Assembly (NCBI GenBank): GCA_963765625.1
Contig: CAVXXD010000012.1
Location: 207,491 to 271,490, forward strand
DNA from: an uncultured bacterium
Lineage (GTDB): Bacteria; Actinomycetota; Geothermincolia; Geothermincolales; Geothermincolaceae
DNA: 64,000 nt
Direction of reading: 5' to 3'
In this document: positions 38,238 through 49,262 of the stretch, piece by piece
How the letters are laid out: each line of letters opens with the position of its first letter
Numbering within the stretch: position 1 is the first letter of the stretch
The notes under the pieces: generated by a model
What the model was told of the DNA's origin: nothing
The model's input: only the letters and a program-made list of their open reading frames with translations
Databases searched by the model: none
Position numbers and translations under genes: made by a program

Positions 38238-40271
38238 TCAGTGGAATTTCTTCCCCAGCACCTTCTCGGAGTATCCGGCGTAATCGAGGAACTGAGTGAC
38301 GCCGCCGTTCCAGAAGGGGTAGCCGGCGCCGAAGATCATGCACAGGTCGATGTCCTCCGGGCCGGCCACCACGCCCTCGTCCAGCATGATACCGATCTCC
38401 TCGGTCATCGCCTCGCAGGCGCGGTCGACCATCTCCTGAGGCGTGGCCTTCTTCGGCGGGTCGGCCACCACCATGGCCGCGCCGTACTCGGGGTCGACGT
38501 TGCCGTCCGGCCCGTAGACGCTGCCCTTCTTCATCTCCACCAGTTTGCGCAGGTTCTCGCTGATGTGGTAGCGGTCGGGGAAGGCGGCGGCCAGGGTCTC
38601 CTGGGCGTGCATGCCCACCGCCGGGCCCACCATGGCCAGCAGGAAGAAGGGCGGCATGGGCGCGCCCAGGGCCACCAGGGCGGAGTCGATCTCGGAGAAG
38701 GTGTTGCCCTCATCCACCAGGTCCCAGGTGACCACGTTGGTCCGGATGAGCAGGCGGTTGACCACGAAGGCCGGGCGGTCCTTGCAGAGCACCGCCTTCT
38801 TGCCCAGCTGCTTGGCGATGTTGACGGCGGTGATCAGGGTCTGGTCGTTGGTCTTGTCGCCACGGATTATCTCCAGCAGGGGCATGGCCGCCACCGGGTT
38901 GAAGAAGTGGAAGCCCACCACCCGCTCGGGATTTTTCATGTCCGAGCTCATGTCGGTGATGGGGAGCGAGGAAGTGTTGGTGGCCAGGATGCAGGTTTCG
39001 CTGATGGCCTCCTCGAGTTCGGCGAAGACCTTCTTTTTGATGGGCATCTCCTCCAGCACCGCTTCGATGATGAAGTCGCAATCGGCCATGTCGGCGTAGT
39101 CGAGGGTCCCCGAGATCAGGGTCTTGAACCAGGGAAGCTGATTCTCGTTGATCCTGCCCTTCGAAGCCAGCTTCTCGAGTTCCCCGTTGATGTAGGCCAG
39201 GCCCTTGTCGACGAACTCCTGCTTGATGTCCTTGATGACCACCGGCACCTTGAGCCGGCGCATGAAGAGCACGGCCAGCTGGCTGCCCATCAGGCCGGCC
39301 CCCAGCACCCCGACCTTGGTGACGGGAGAGGGCCAGCCCTCCGGCACCCCCACCGGCTTCTTGGCGCGCCGCTGTACCAGGTCGAAGGCGTAGATGGAGG
39401 CGCGGCACTGGTCGGTGGCGCCCAGTTCGGCCAGGGCGTCATCTTCCAGGGCGAAGCCCTCGTCCACCGAGACGCTGCCGGCCTGGCGGATGATCTCGAT
39501 GGCCTTGTAGGGGGCGGGCGCCTTGCCGTGGGTCTTGCCGTCGGCCAGGGCCTTGGCGGCGTCGCAGAGCGCGTCGACGCTGGAGAAGTCGGGGGCGGGG
39601 CGCTCCACCTTCTCCGTGCCCTCAATGAGGCCGATGGTGAACTCGACGCTCTTGTCCAGGAAATCCACCGGCTCGAAGATGCGGTCGGCGATACCCAGTT
39701 CGAAGGCCTTCTTGCCGTTGATCATCTTGTTGTTGTTGAGGGCATTGTTGATGATTACCTGCAGCGCCTTCTCCGGCCCGACCAGCTTGGGCAGCAGGGT
39801 GGTGCCGCCCCACCCCGGCAGCAGGCCGATAAAGCACTCCGGGAAGGCCAGGGCGCCCACCCCGGTGGAAACGGTGCGGTAGGCACAGGCCAGGGCGATC
39901 TCCAGCCCGCCCCCCATTACCGCGCCGTTGATGGCGGCCACGGTGGGGTAGGGCAGGTCCATGATGCGCTTGAAGGCGGCATGCCCGGTCACTGAGATGT
40001 TCTTGGCCTCATCGTAGGTCTTGATGGTTTCCATCTGGGTGATGTCGGCCCCCACCGCGAAAATGAACACCTTGCCGGTCAGTATGAGCGCTTTGACGTC
40101 GGGCACCGCGGAGATGCGGTCCAGGCATTCGTTAAGGCTGGCCAGGCTGCCCAGCCAGAACGCGTTGGGCTTGGTGTAGTCGAAGCCGTTGTCCATGGTC
40201 ACCAGGGCTATTTTGCCGGCCCGGGTATCGGCGTAGGTCTCCTTGAACTGGGTGATCACTTCGTCCGCCAT
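38238..40271 (-). CDS. fadB: Fatty-acid oxidation complex alpha subunit (enoyl-CoA hydratase / 3-hydroxyacyl-CoA dehydrogenase)
   Basis: 677 aa. N-terminal crotonase fold, NAD-binding VGVLGAGLMGSQLA, C-terminal 3-hydroxyacyl-CoA dehydrogenase (3HCDH) domains. Confidence 0.85.
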   Translation of the reverse strand: MADEVITQFKETYADTRAGKIALVTMDNGFDYTKPNAFWLGSLASLNECLDRISAVPDVKALILTGKVFIFAVGADITQMETIKTYDEAKNISVTGHAAFKRIMDLPYPTVAAINGAVMGGGLEIALACAYRTVSTGVGALAFPECFIGLLPGWGGTTLLPKLVGPEKALQVIINNALNNNKMINGKKAFELGIADRIFEPVDFLDKSVEFTIGLIEGTEKVERPAPDFSSVDALCDAAKALADGKTHGKAPAPYKAIEIIRQAGSVSVDEGFALEDDALAELGATDQCRASIYAFDLVQRRAKKPVGVPEGWPSPVTKVGVLGAGLMGSQLAVLFMRRLKVPVVIKDIKQEFVDKGLAYINGELEKLASKGRINENQLPWFKTLISGTLDYADMADCDFIIEAVLEEMPIKKKVFAELEEAISETCILATNTSSLPITDMSSDMKNPERVVGFHFFNPVAAMPLLEIIRGDKTNDQTLITAVNIAKQLGKKAVLCKDRPAFVVNRLLIRTNVVTWDLVDEGNTFSEIDSALVALGAPMPPFFLLAMVGPAVGMHAQETLAAAFPDRYHISENLRKLVEMKKGSVYGPDGNVDPEYGAAMVVADPPKKATPQEMVDRACEAMTEEIGIMLDEGVVAGPEDIDLCMIFGAGYPFWNGGVTQFLDYAGYSEKVLGKKFH

Positions 40272-40295
40272 AGCTTCCTCCTTTCCTCCGCTCCG

Positions 40296-41486
40296 CTATC
40301 CCTGCACGTTTTCCCAGATGACCGAGCCGCCCTGGCCCAGGCCTACGCACATGGTGCAGAGGCCGTACCTGGCGCTCTTGTCTTCATCGAAGAGCTGGGC
40401 CAGGTGGGCCATCAGGCGCGGGCCGGAAGAGGCCAGCGGGTGGCCGAAGGCGATGGCCCCGCCGTAGCGGTTGAGACGCGGGTCGTCGTAGAGCTTCATC
40501 CCGAACTCCTTCATAAAGGCCACTACCTGGACGGCGAAGGCCTCGTTGGACTCGACGATGTCGAGGTCGTCGAACTTGAGCCCGGCGTTTTTCAAAGCCT
40601 TGTGGGTGGCGGGGATGGGGCCGTAACCCATGATCTCCGGCTTGACCCCGACGAAGGCGTAGTTGACCAGGCGCATCTTGGGCTTGAGGCCAAACTCCTC
40701 GCAGGCCTTACCCGAAGCCAGCAGCACCCCGCAGGCGCCGTCGTTGAGGCCGGAGGCGTTGCCGGCGGTGATTCTGCCCTTGACCCGGAAGGGGGTCTTG
40801 AGGTCCCTGATCCCTTCCAGGGTGGTCTGCGGGCGTGGCTGCTCGTCCATGTCCGCCACCTTCCAGCCGTTCTCGGTCCAGACAGTCATGGGCACGATCA
40901 TCTTCTGGATCTTGCCTTCCTTGTAGGCCTTGTCGGCTTTCTGCTGACAGAGCACGGCGTACTCGTCGCACATCTCCTTGGTGATGTCCGGGAACTCGTC
41001 GTGCAGGTTCTCCGCCGTGGTGCCCATGTTCAGGGCGCTGGGGTCCACCAGCTTCTCGGCCAGGATGCGCGGGTTGGGCATGGCCCCCTCGGCCATGGGG
41101 TGATGCCCCATGTGCTCGCACCCGCCGGCGATGATCAGGTCCGCGTTCCCCATGGCTATCTCGCCCGCGCCCAGGCAGACGGAAGTCATGCCCCCGGCGC
41201 ACATGCGGTCGATGGTAGTGCCGGGAACGGTGTAGGGCAGCCGGGAGAGTATCACGGTGGTGCGTCCCATGGTCAGCCCCTGGTCTCCCCACTGTGTAGT
41301 GGCTCCCCAGACGTTGTCGTCGATACGCTCCGGCGGCATCTCCGGGTTGCGCTCCAGCAGTGTGTTGATGACCTTGATCAACAGGTCATCCGCCCGGGTC
41401 AGCCAGAACATCCCCTTTGGGCCGGCCTTTCCGTAGGCGGTCCGCACCGCGTCCACCAGGTAGACTTCGTTCAATTCCCTGGCCAT
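40296..41486 (-). CDS. fadA: Acetyl-CoA C-acyltransferase (3-ketoacyl-CoA thiolase)
   Basis: 396 aa. Thiolase catalytic Cys motif DRMCAGGMTSV and C-terminal CVGLGQG. Confidence 0.85.
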   Translation of the reverse strand: MARELNEVYLVDAVRTAYGKAGPKGMFWLTRADDLLIKVINTLLERNPEMPPERIDDNVWGATTQWGDQGLTMGRTTVILSRLPYTVPGTTIDRMCAGGMTSVCLGAGEIAMGNADLIIAGGCEHMGHHPMAEGAMPNPRILAEKLVDPSALNMGTTAENLHDEFPDITKEMCDEYAVLCQQKADKAYKEGKIQKMIVPMTVWTENGWKVADMDEQPRPQTTLEGIRDLKTPFRVKGRITAGNASGLNDGACGVLLASGKACEEFGLKPKMRLVNYAFVGVKPEIMGYGPIPATHKALKNAGLKFDDLDIVESNEAFAVQVVAFMKEFGMKLYDDPRLNRYGGAIAFGHPLASSGPRLMAHLAQLFDEDKSARYGLCTMCVGLGQGGSVIWENVQG

Positions 41487-42003
41487 TGCTTCCCCTCCTT
41501 CTCTATAACTCGACGCTGCAATATCTTTTCGCCAACGCGCGAACTGACATCCAGGGTGAATCGCAGGGTTTAGAGACCTTTTTTTGCCGGCTCAGGTTGC
41601 AATTCCGGTACATCCTTTCGTCCGGACACAAGTGCTGAACAGCCATTGAACAATTAATATTCTATCATGCCCGGACACTGCGATAAAGAAACCTACCGGC
41701 GGGTAAGCGGCTTTCCGGCCGGAAGACGATTGCCTGTTCTATTCTTCCCTACACATGGTAAAATAAACATAGGAATGCGACGGGATTGCGATTTGAGAAA
41801 GCCTTGATAAGAGGATATCGGCGGGTTCGGCTTCCCCATTTTTCCTCGGAAAAAGAAGGGTTAGAGGCCCGGGTCGTGGAAATTTATTAAGGCTCTTAGA
41901 ACATTCTCATGTGCTGTTCGATCGCGAGGAGGTGGTGGCGTGTCGTTTGTAAACCTTTCCAGCTCTATTCGAGCGTACCCAGATCTACTTAGGAGGTGAG
42001 TGT

Positions 42004-42552
42004 ATGAAGAGAAACCTGATTTTAGCCGGTGTCACCGTCGTAGTCGCCTTTCTGTGGATCTGGCTCTTTAGTTACATCGGCGCGAAAGGCTTCTGGGTCG
42101 CCCTGATTGGTTTCGGGATCTACCTGGCGGCGGACGCGCAGCCGAAGAAGCTTCCCTGGATGACCCTGGGCGGCGTGCTCGGCGTCATCGGCGGCTTGGC
42201 GACCTACATCCTGGCCATGATGGTGCTGCCCATGAACGCCTCTGTTTCCATCACCATCGCCGGGACCATTTTCATCCTGTTCGGCGCGGCCGTCAGCCTG
42301 CCGAAGTTCACCGAGATCTTCCCCTTCTACCTCCTGGGCTGGGGCGGTTTCCTCGGGGTCATCTACCGCTACGACTTCCTCTTCCCGGAGAAAGCGACCG
42401 AGGCGATGCCGCGGGTCATGTCGACCTTTTTCGGCGTGCTGCTCTCGGTCCTCATCGGGCTGCTGCTGGGGGCCCTTATCGGCACCCCCATATTAAAGAT
42501 GGGCAAGAAGGAAGAAAGCGTCGGCGAAGTGGCCGCGGCGGAAATGGAATAG
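42004..42552 (+). CDS. Small polytopic membrane protein (DUF1097-like)
   Basis: 182 aa with ~5 hydrophobic helices. RBS AGGAGGTGAG. Confidence 0.4.
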   Translation: MKRNLILAGVTVVVAFLWIWLFSYIGAKGFWVALIGFGIYLAADAQPKKLPWMTLGGVLGVIGGLATYILAMMVLPMNASVSITIAGTIFILFGAAVSLPKFTEIFPFYLLGWGGFLGVIYRYDFLFPEKATEAMPRVMSTFFGVLLSVLIGLLLGALIGTPILKMGKKEESVGEVAAAEME

Positions 42553-42565
42553 GGGGTGAGTCGGG

Positions 42566-45384
42566 ATGCGTAAAACGAAGAAGAAAATCATAGTACCGGC
42601 GCTCGGGCTCGCTCTGTTGATCGTCGCGTCCGTCTTCCTGCCTGCCGGGGCAGCCACCACCTCGGTACCGGAAGGGGACGCCATGTCGCAGGAGTTCGTC
42701 CTGTGCGAGACCGACGCCTCCGGCGTGATCGAGAAGGTAAGGGTATTCAACATACTGAGCGTCGCCGAACAGGCGGGTGCCGGTAACTTCGACTTTAAAA
42801 TGACCAACGAGTTCGCCGGGGAGGATGCCAGCGTCTACGGTACCAGCAGCTTCAAGAAGCCCGAGCTGGACGGCGACTACATCATCTGGAGGGACGTCAG
42901 CGCCGAGGAGAACGCCAACTTAGTCTCGGACACCAGGTTCAGCAAGTCTATGGTGGAGGAGGCTAAAACCCGCATACCCCTCGACGTCGAGTACAAGTAT
43001 TACCTGGACGACAAGCTGGTCAGCGGACCCAAGGACATCGAGGGCAAAAACGGCCACTTCCGCCTCGAGTGCACCATGAAGAACACCAGCAAGGAGAAGA
43101 CGCCGGTCAAGTACAAGGACCCCGAAACCGGCGAGACGGTCGTGGTCAACACCGACGTCTATCTGCCCCTGGTGATCTCACCGTACATGTGGCAATGGGA
43201 CAACCAGCACTTCTTCAACATGGAGACCGACCAGTACTGCCTCAACATCTACAAGCCGGACTGTTACCAGACCGGCTGGACCATCCCGCTCTTCCCGCCG
43301 GCGACGGACGAGAAGCTCACCATCTGGGTGGAGGCGGACGTCAAGGACTTCCGCATGCCGGCCCTGACGCTGGTCTGCGCCTTCGTCTTCCCGGAGACCA
43401 ACCAGAACGACGCGCTGGAGCAGCTGGGGCCGGGTATCGCCCAGCTCTACGACGGGGTCAAGCAGCTCGACGGCGGCCTGAACGAAGCAGTGGCCGGCCT
43501 GGGCAGCGCCACCACCCCGGACACCCTCATCTACGGCATCAGCCAGATCTACGACGGCCTGCTCACCCTCTCCAGCAACGAAGGCCTGGCCAAAGCCAAG
43601 TCGGCCATAGATGATGTGATGATCCCGGGCGTCGAAGAGGCGGCTGCCGGCATTGACAACAAGATGATCCCGGGCGTCGACCAGGCGGTCGCGGGCATCG
43701 GCAGCGCCACCACCCCGGACACCCTGCTCTATGCGGCCAGCGCGACCCAGATCGGCTTGGAGCAGATGTCGGCCGGCATCGGAACCACCACCACCGACGG
43801 CACCCTGCTCTACGGGGTCGACGCGGTGTCCGGAGGCCTCAACCAGGCCGTGGCCGGCATCGGCAACCCCACCACCGGCGGCACCCTGCGCTACGGTGTC
43901 GACCAGGTGTTCGCGGGCTGAGTGATGCCGTGGCCGGCATCGGCAGCGCTTCCACACCGGGTACCCTGCTCTACGCCGTGAACGCGGTGCAGGGTGGGTT
44001 GAATGGCCTCTATGGAGGGCTGGGCCAGGTGATGCTGGGCCTGTCCAATGCCTCGCCCACGGGAGGTATCCTGGAAGGGTTGACCGCCATGAAGGCTGCT
44101 CTCGACGCGCCTTACCCCAACGGAGTCGTCGCCGGCCTGCAGGCCATGGCAGCAGGCTTAGGCCCTGCGTCCACGGCGGGCACGCTGCTCAACCAGGTCA
44201 ACCAGCTGATCGCCATGTTCTCCGCCGACAACTTCGCCGCTACGTCGCCCCCTGATCCTACGGGAGCCACCATGTACGCCTACGTCAACCACAACGCGGC
44301 TTACGGCGGGGCCATGAACCCGCAGGACATCGCCGTACTGAACGGCATGATGTCGGGAATCGCGGGCCAGTTGAACGCTGCGCTGCCCAACCTAAACCTG
44401 ATGTACAACAGCCTGGTCGCCCCTTATCCCAACGGGATTATCGCCGGCCTGCAGGCCATGTCCACAGGCATGGGGCAGATGATCACGGGCATCGGCAGCG
44501 CCTCTACGCCGGGCACCCTGCTCGGCGGGCTGGCCGCCATGCAGGCGGGCATCGGCAGCGCCTCTACGCCCAACAGCCTGCTCTATGCCATGGCCCAGAT
44601 GCAGTTCGGTCTGACAGCGATGCAGGCCGGCTTCGGCAGCGCTTCCACTCCCGACACTGCCCTCTACGGGCTGGACCAGGTCGAGGGCGGGCTGGCGCAG
44701 ATGCAGGCCGGCTTCGGCAGCGCCTCCACCCCGGACACTGCCCTCTACGGCCTGGCCCAGATCCAGTTCGGCCTGGCCCAGATGCAGGGCGGCATAGGCA
44801 GCACGACGGCCCAGGACACCCTGCTCTACGCCATCGCCGCCATGAGCGGGGGCATGACCCAGATCAGGTATGGACTTTCCTCCGGGTCGGCCGCCGAGCC
44901 GGGCCTCAAAGAAGGCCTGGTCCAGCTATCCGGAGGCATGTACGAGCTATCCGGAGGCCTGGACCAACTTTCCGGCGGGCTGGATGAAGCCATCACCGGG
45001 CTGGGCAGCTCTTCCACCCCGGACACCGCGCTCTACGGCGTCAACCTGGTCAAGGAGGGCATGGTCACCCTGCAGGAGGGCCTGACCCAGGCCACCGCTG
45101 AGGGCACCCAGGTGATGCTCACCGGCCTGGACGGCAGCCTTACCACCATCAACCTGACCCAGGGTGAGCTGGAAGCCATCGAGGAGCGTGCCGCCGAGTT
45201 CAGCTCCTTCCTGGGCGCGCCGGTGAGCGGCGAGAGCGAAGTGCGCTTTGTCATGCAGACCCCGCCCACCTACGGCTACTCTGACAACAGCGGCACCAGC
45301 GGTCTCGTCGCATTGATACTATCCTTAGTGATCGCCATCGCGCTGGTACTGCTGGGCATCTTCGCCTTCCGCAAACTGGCTTGA
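42566..45384 (+). CDS. Large double-anchored surface protein with ~30 degenerate ~25-aa Gly/Ala repeats; frameshift near 43920
   Basis: N-terminal TM/signal and a ~280-aa globular domain. Repeats (A.AGIGSASTPDTLLYG.......GL.Q) span two consecutive ORFs, 42566..43921 and 43930..45384. C-terminal TM LVALILSLVIAIALVLLGIFAF. Confidence 0.6.
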
Positions 45385-45454
45385 AGCGAACGTTAGACTG
45401 GAGCGGGGGCCTCGGCCCCCGCTCTTTTTATTTCCCATCGACTATGATGAAGGT

Positions 45455-46534
45455 ATGGAAGAGAAAGAGTTCACCGGAGTGCCGCGGATGTCGCCCACCC
45501 TGCACGACTTCCCCTACGACCACCCCCGGCGCAAGTGTTACCACAAATGGATCATCAACGTCGCCCCGCCCGGTCGGGAGCACTGCATCCACCAGTGCCT
45601 CTACTGCTACGCGCGCGACGCCGTCTACTCCCGCAACCGCGAGAGCGGGCCGCTCTACTACACCGGCCTGGCCGAAAGGGTGGAGAAGGAACTCGGCAGC
45701 CTGCGGCTCTGTCCGCCCGTCTCCCTCTCTAACGCCACTGACCCTTGCCAGGACGTCCCGCCTCTCCGGGCCGAAGTGAGGCGCCTTACGGGCATGCTCC
45801 TGGGACGGGGCGTGTCCCTGAGCATCATCACTAAAGGAGACCCTTCTTTCCTGCTGGACCTGCCCGGTTTCACCGCCAACCCGCGCGTCTTCGTGGCGGT
45901 GAGCGTAGAGGGCCCCGGCGAGGTCCTGGAGATCCTATCGCCCCAGGCCCCTTCTTTTAAAAGAAGGATCGAAGCGGTAAGCGCCGTTTCCGCGGCTGGC
46001 GTGTCCACCGTAGCCAGGATAGACCCGGTGTTGCCCCACCTCTACCGGGCCGTCTACGGCGGGGGATGGATGGGGGAGCTGGAAGGGCTGGTGAGCGAGC
46101 TGGCCGGCGCCGGGGCGAAGCACGTGGTGGCCTCCACCGGCACCCTCAATGCCGCCGCGCGCCTGAGGGTGCACCGGGTCATCGAGGCTCGCTCGCCTGC
46201 CGCCGCCGGGGACTTCCTGCACGACTACCGCTACGACCGAGAATACTCCGGCCGGGGGTACCGTTGGGTCAGGGACGCGCGGCTCGAGTTCCACCGGATG
46301 CTGCGCGCGGCCTGCGCGGAACGGGGGATGACCTACGCGGCCTGCATCGAGCTGGACTCAGGCGAAGCCGACACACCCGGCCTGGACCACTGCGAGGCCT
46401 TTCCCGCCCCCTTCTGCCGCCGGGACGAAGACGGGATCTTTCACCCCGTGGAGGGTTGTACGGCCAATTGCCGGGTCGGATGTGCGCGAGAACCCCGCCC
46501 CGCCCTGCGGCGTCACCCTCGCTGGCCGGTCTGA
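45455..46534 (+). CDS. Radical SAM protein (SplB / DNA-photolyase-like subfamily)
   Basis: CIHQCLYC = Cx3Cx2C radical-SAM cluster motif within a ~350-aa protein. Confidence 0.55.
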   Translation: MEEKEFTGVPRMSPTLHDFPYDHPRRKCYHKWIINVAPPGREHCIHQCLYCYARDAVYSRNRESGPLYYTGLAERVEKELGSLRLCPPVSLSNATDPCQDVPPLRAEVRRLTGMLLGRGVSLSIITKGDPSFLLDLPGFTANPRVFVAVSVEGPGEVLEILSPQAPSFKRRIEAVSAVSAAGVSTVARIDPVLPHLYRAVYGGGWMGELEGLVSELAGAGAKHVVASTGTLNAAARLRVHRVIEARSPAAAGDFLHDYRYDREYSGRGYRWVRDARLEFHRMLRAACAERGMTYAACIELDSGEADTPGLDHCEAFPAPFCRRDEDGIFHPVEGCTANCRVGCAREPRPALRRHPRWPV

Positions 46535-46958
46535 GCGCCCCGTTTCGCCCCTCCCAGTTCCGATAACGTCGCTGACATGATGGTGCAAGATGACACAAAG
46601 ATAAAGTATAGATAAGTAAAAAAGACGCCCTGGCAGGCGCCTTTTTTATTAGGTGCTATTAGCCACCGACATATAGGGCTATTTCAGGGGGTGGAATGTG
46701 CTGATTCCATCTCATGCTATAGGGCATATGGGGTTGGCCGGCAGCTAATAGCGTTGGGCCGTATTAAATTTCAAGGTACATAGCTATAAAAGCTAGATAC
46801 ACAAGCTTAATGAGAGAAACTCAAACATTCTTCTGAACGAGATCTGCTGGCTTTCGGTCCCACCCGTTAAGCTCGATATAAAAGTAGCATGTGGCGCTGG
46901 TTGGTGTCAAGGCGCTGGTACCCTGAAAAGATGATACATATCAACCCTCGGATTTGTT

Positions 46959-48108
46959 TCAGGGGCGGCCGTTGCGCCTCTCTTCCAGGTGCTCCTTTAT
47001 GAGCAGGCTCCGCCCCCAGATGGTGGAGCGGAGGAAGTGCTCGACGTGGGCTTTAGCCCGCCCCGACAGGTCCTTCAACTCCTCGGAGACGTCGTCGCGC
47101 GGCGGCAGCAGCTCCAGTTGCTCCTGCTCCGGCGGTTCCCCACCCGGCGCGAAGGGGAGTTTCCGGTTGGTCAGTGACTCTTCCGGCACCAGCACCCGCA
47201 GGGCGTGCGGCACCACGCTGACGTCGATCACCCTGCCGGCCTCCAGCCGGTAGGCCTCGCCGTCGATCTGGACGAAGGTGTCGGTCTTGCACTCGATGCG
47301 CATGTTCCTCGCCTGGTGGAAGGAGATCTTGCGGGAGAAGCCGTGCCGGCCTCCCATTATCGCCAACATCACCAGAACGAAGCCGTAGAGGTTAGGAACT
47401 TCTCCCGCGATGGTCAGGCCCAGGACGCCGTCGTTCATCACGGCTCCCGGGTGGACTCTGACGTAGCGCCCGTAGAGGGGGGCGTTGCAGAGGACGGCCA
47501 GGATGGACCAGCCGTCGAACACCTGCCCGTCGTATTCGAAGTGCAGGTGGTACTTCTTCCTTTCTTCGAAAGAAGACCATCTTCAGTCCGCTGTAGAAAT
47601 ACGCCGGTACGCGGAAGCGCTTGTGCTTGAAGGTGGCGTCGGCGATCTCGGAGTCCACCCCCAGCCCGAAGGTGACCGCGGCGTAACGGTTGTCGTAGCG
47701 GATGAGGTCGATGGTGCGGTAGCTGTCGCCCAGGATGGCCCGCAGCGAGGATTCGCGGTCGGTGCGGCTGTAGCCGACGTTGCAGGCGAAGTCGTCGGCG
47801 GTGCCGGCCGGGAACATGGCCAGCTTGATCCGGGCATTGGGCACCTTCATGATGCCGTTGATGATCTCGTTGGCGGTGCCGTCACCGGAGACGGCCACCA
47901 CCACGTCGAAGTCCTGTGACCACTCGGTGACCATCTCCTCGGCATGGCCGGTCCGCTCGGTGAAGAGGGCCTCGTAATCGACGCCCAGCTTCTTCATGCG
48001 GTTGAGCAACCAGATGCCTTCTTTCTGGGCCTTGCCGCCCCGGGAAACCGGGTTGACGATCACCAGGTATCGTTTTTCCTTGAAAGTCTTGAGCACGATT
48101 TCCCGCAC
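46959..48108 (-). CDS. Diacylglycerol/lipid kinase catalytic-domain family (YegS/BmrU-like), frameshift near 47560
   Basis: N-terminal part (ORF 47392..48108) has VIVNPVSRGGKAQ and AVSGDGTANE motifs. The C-terminal beta-domain is in ORF 46959..47522. Confidence 0.65.
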
Positions 48109-48209
48109 CTCTTCCCTGGACCTCTCTGCCGACGGATTGAAAAAATCTTACCACAAATCGCTTGCTATAATAAGAAAAGTCCGGCAGCGCTTACGGGGAA
48201 GGCAGGTCC

Positions 48210-49160
48210 ATGGTAGAAGAGCTGTTCGAGAGGCTTCTGGGCGGCGACCGCAGGGCCGCTGCGCGCATCATCTCGCTGATCGAGAACGATGAAGCCGGCG
48301 CGGGCGAGATGGCCCGGCTGCTCCACCGCCACACCGGCCGGGCCCACATCGCCGGTATCACCGGCCCGCCCGGTGCCGGCAAGAGCACCCTGCTGGCCGC
48401 GGCGGCGCGGGAACTGCGCGGGCGGGAGAAGACGGTGGGCATCGTAGCCGTCGACCCCACCAGCCCCTTCAGCGGCGGAGCCCTGCTCGGCGACCGGGTG
48501 CGCATGCAGGACCTGGCCACCGACGACGGGGTGTTCATCCGTTCCATGGGCTCGCGCGGCTCCCTGGGCGGCGTGGCCCGGGCCACCATCGACGCCGTCA
48601 ACGTGCTGGACGCCTTCGGCAAGGACGTCATCCTGGTGGAGACGGTGGGGGCCGGGCAGGCGGAGGTGGACATCGTCCGCTTCGCCCACACCTCGGTGGT
48701 GGTGGCCATGCCGGGGGCGGGGGACGAGATACAGGCCCTCAAGGCGGGCATCCTGGAGATAGGGGATGTCTTCGTGGTCAACAAGGCCGACCGGCCGGAG
48801 TCGGCCCGCACCGCCCTGGAGCTATCCATGATGCTGGAGCTGTCCGAACGCACGCCGGGCGCCTGGGTCCCGCCCATCCTTTCGACGGTGGCCACCACCG
48901 GCGAAGGGGTGAAGCCGCTGGTGGACGCCCTGCTCTCGCATTACGATTACCTGCGGGAGCACGGACTGCTGGAGGCCAAGCAGAGGGAGCGGCTGGTGGC
49001 GGAGATGCTGGATATCGTCGGCCGGAAGGTGGGGGAAGAGGCGCGAGGCCTCATCCGTGAGGGCGGCCCCATGGACGATCTCATGCGGCGGCTGCTCGAT
49101 ACGCGCGAACTGGACCCTCACGCCGCCGCCGGTCTGATCATCCAACACCTGCTGAAATAG
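48210..49160 (+). CDS. meaB: Methylmalonyl-CoA mutase-associated GTPase MeaB/ArgK
   Basis: P-loop GPPGAGKSTL, then VETVGAGQ and NKAD motifs. Confidence 0.8.
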   Translation: MVEELFERLLGGDRRAAARIISLIENDEAGAGEMARLLHRHTGRAHIAGITGPPGAGKSTLLAAAARELRGREKTVGIVAVDPTSPFSGGALLGDRVRMQDLATDDGVFIRSMGSRGSLGGVARATIDAVNVLDAFGKDVILVETVGAGQAEVDIVRFAHTSVVVAMPGAGDEIQALKAGILEIGDVFVVNKADRPESARTALELSMMLELSERTPGAWVPPILSTVATTGEGVKPLVDALLSHYDYLREHGLLEAKQRERLVAEMLDIVGRKVGEEARGLIREGGPMDDLMRRLLDTRELDPHAAAGLIIQHLLK

Positions 49161-49262
49161 GGTCAGGTCTATCGTTTATTATTTTCATCCATAATTTACC
49201 AATACCCTGAAATCGGGGATTACCAATAACTGGGAGAAAATAATAAACGATAGACCTGACCC
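49160..49262. repeat. Perfect 27-bp inverted repeat with a 49-nt loop, exactly filling the gap between the meaB and ychF stop codons
   Basis: Left arm gggtcaggtctatcgtttattattttc at 49160..49186, right arm its exact reverse complement at 49236..49262. The loop contains ctgaaatcgggg, half of the 3127..3159 palindrome. Confidence 0.7.

Noticed and set aside
38241-41573. Plus-strand ORFs 38241..39995 and 40404..41573 opposite fadB and fadA
   Set aside because: Antisense to strongly conserved FadB and thiolase sequences. No motifs.
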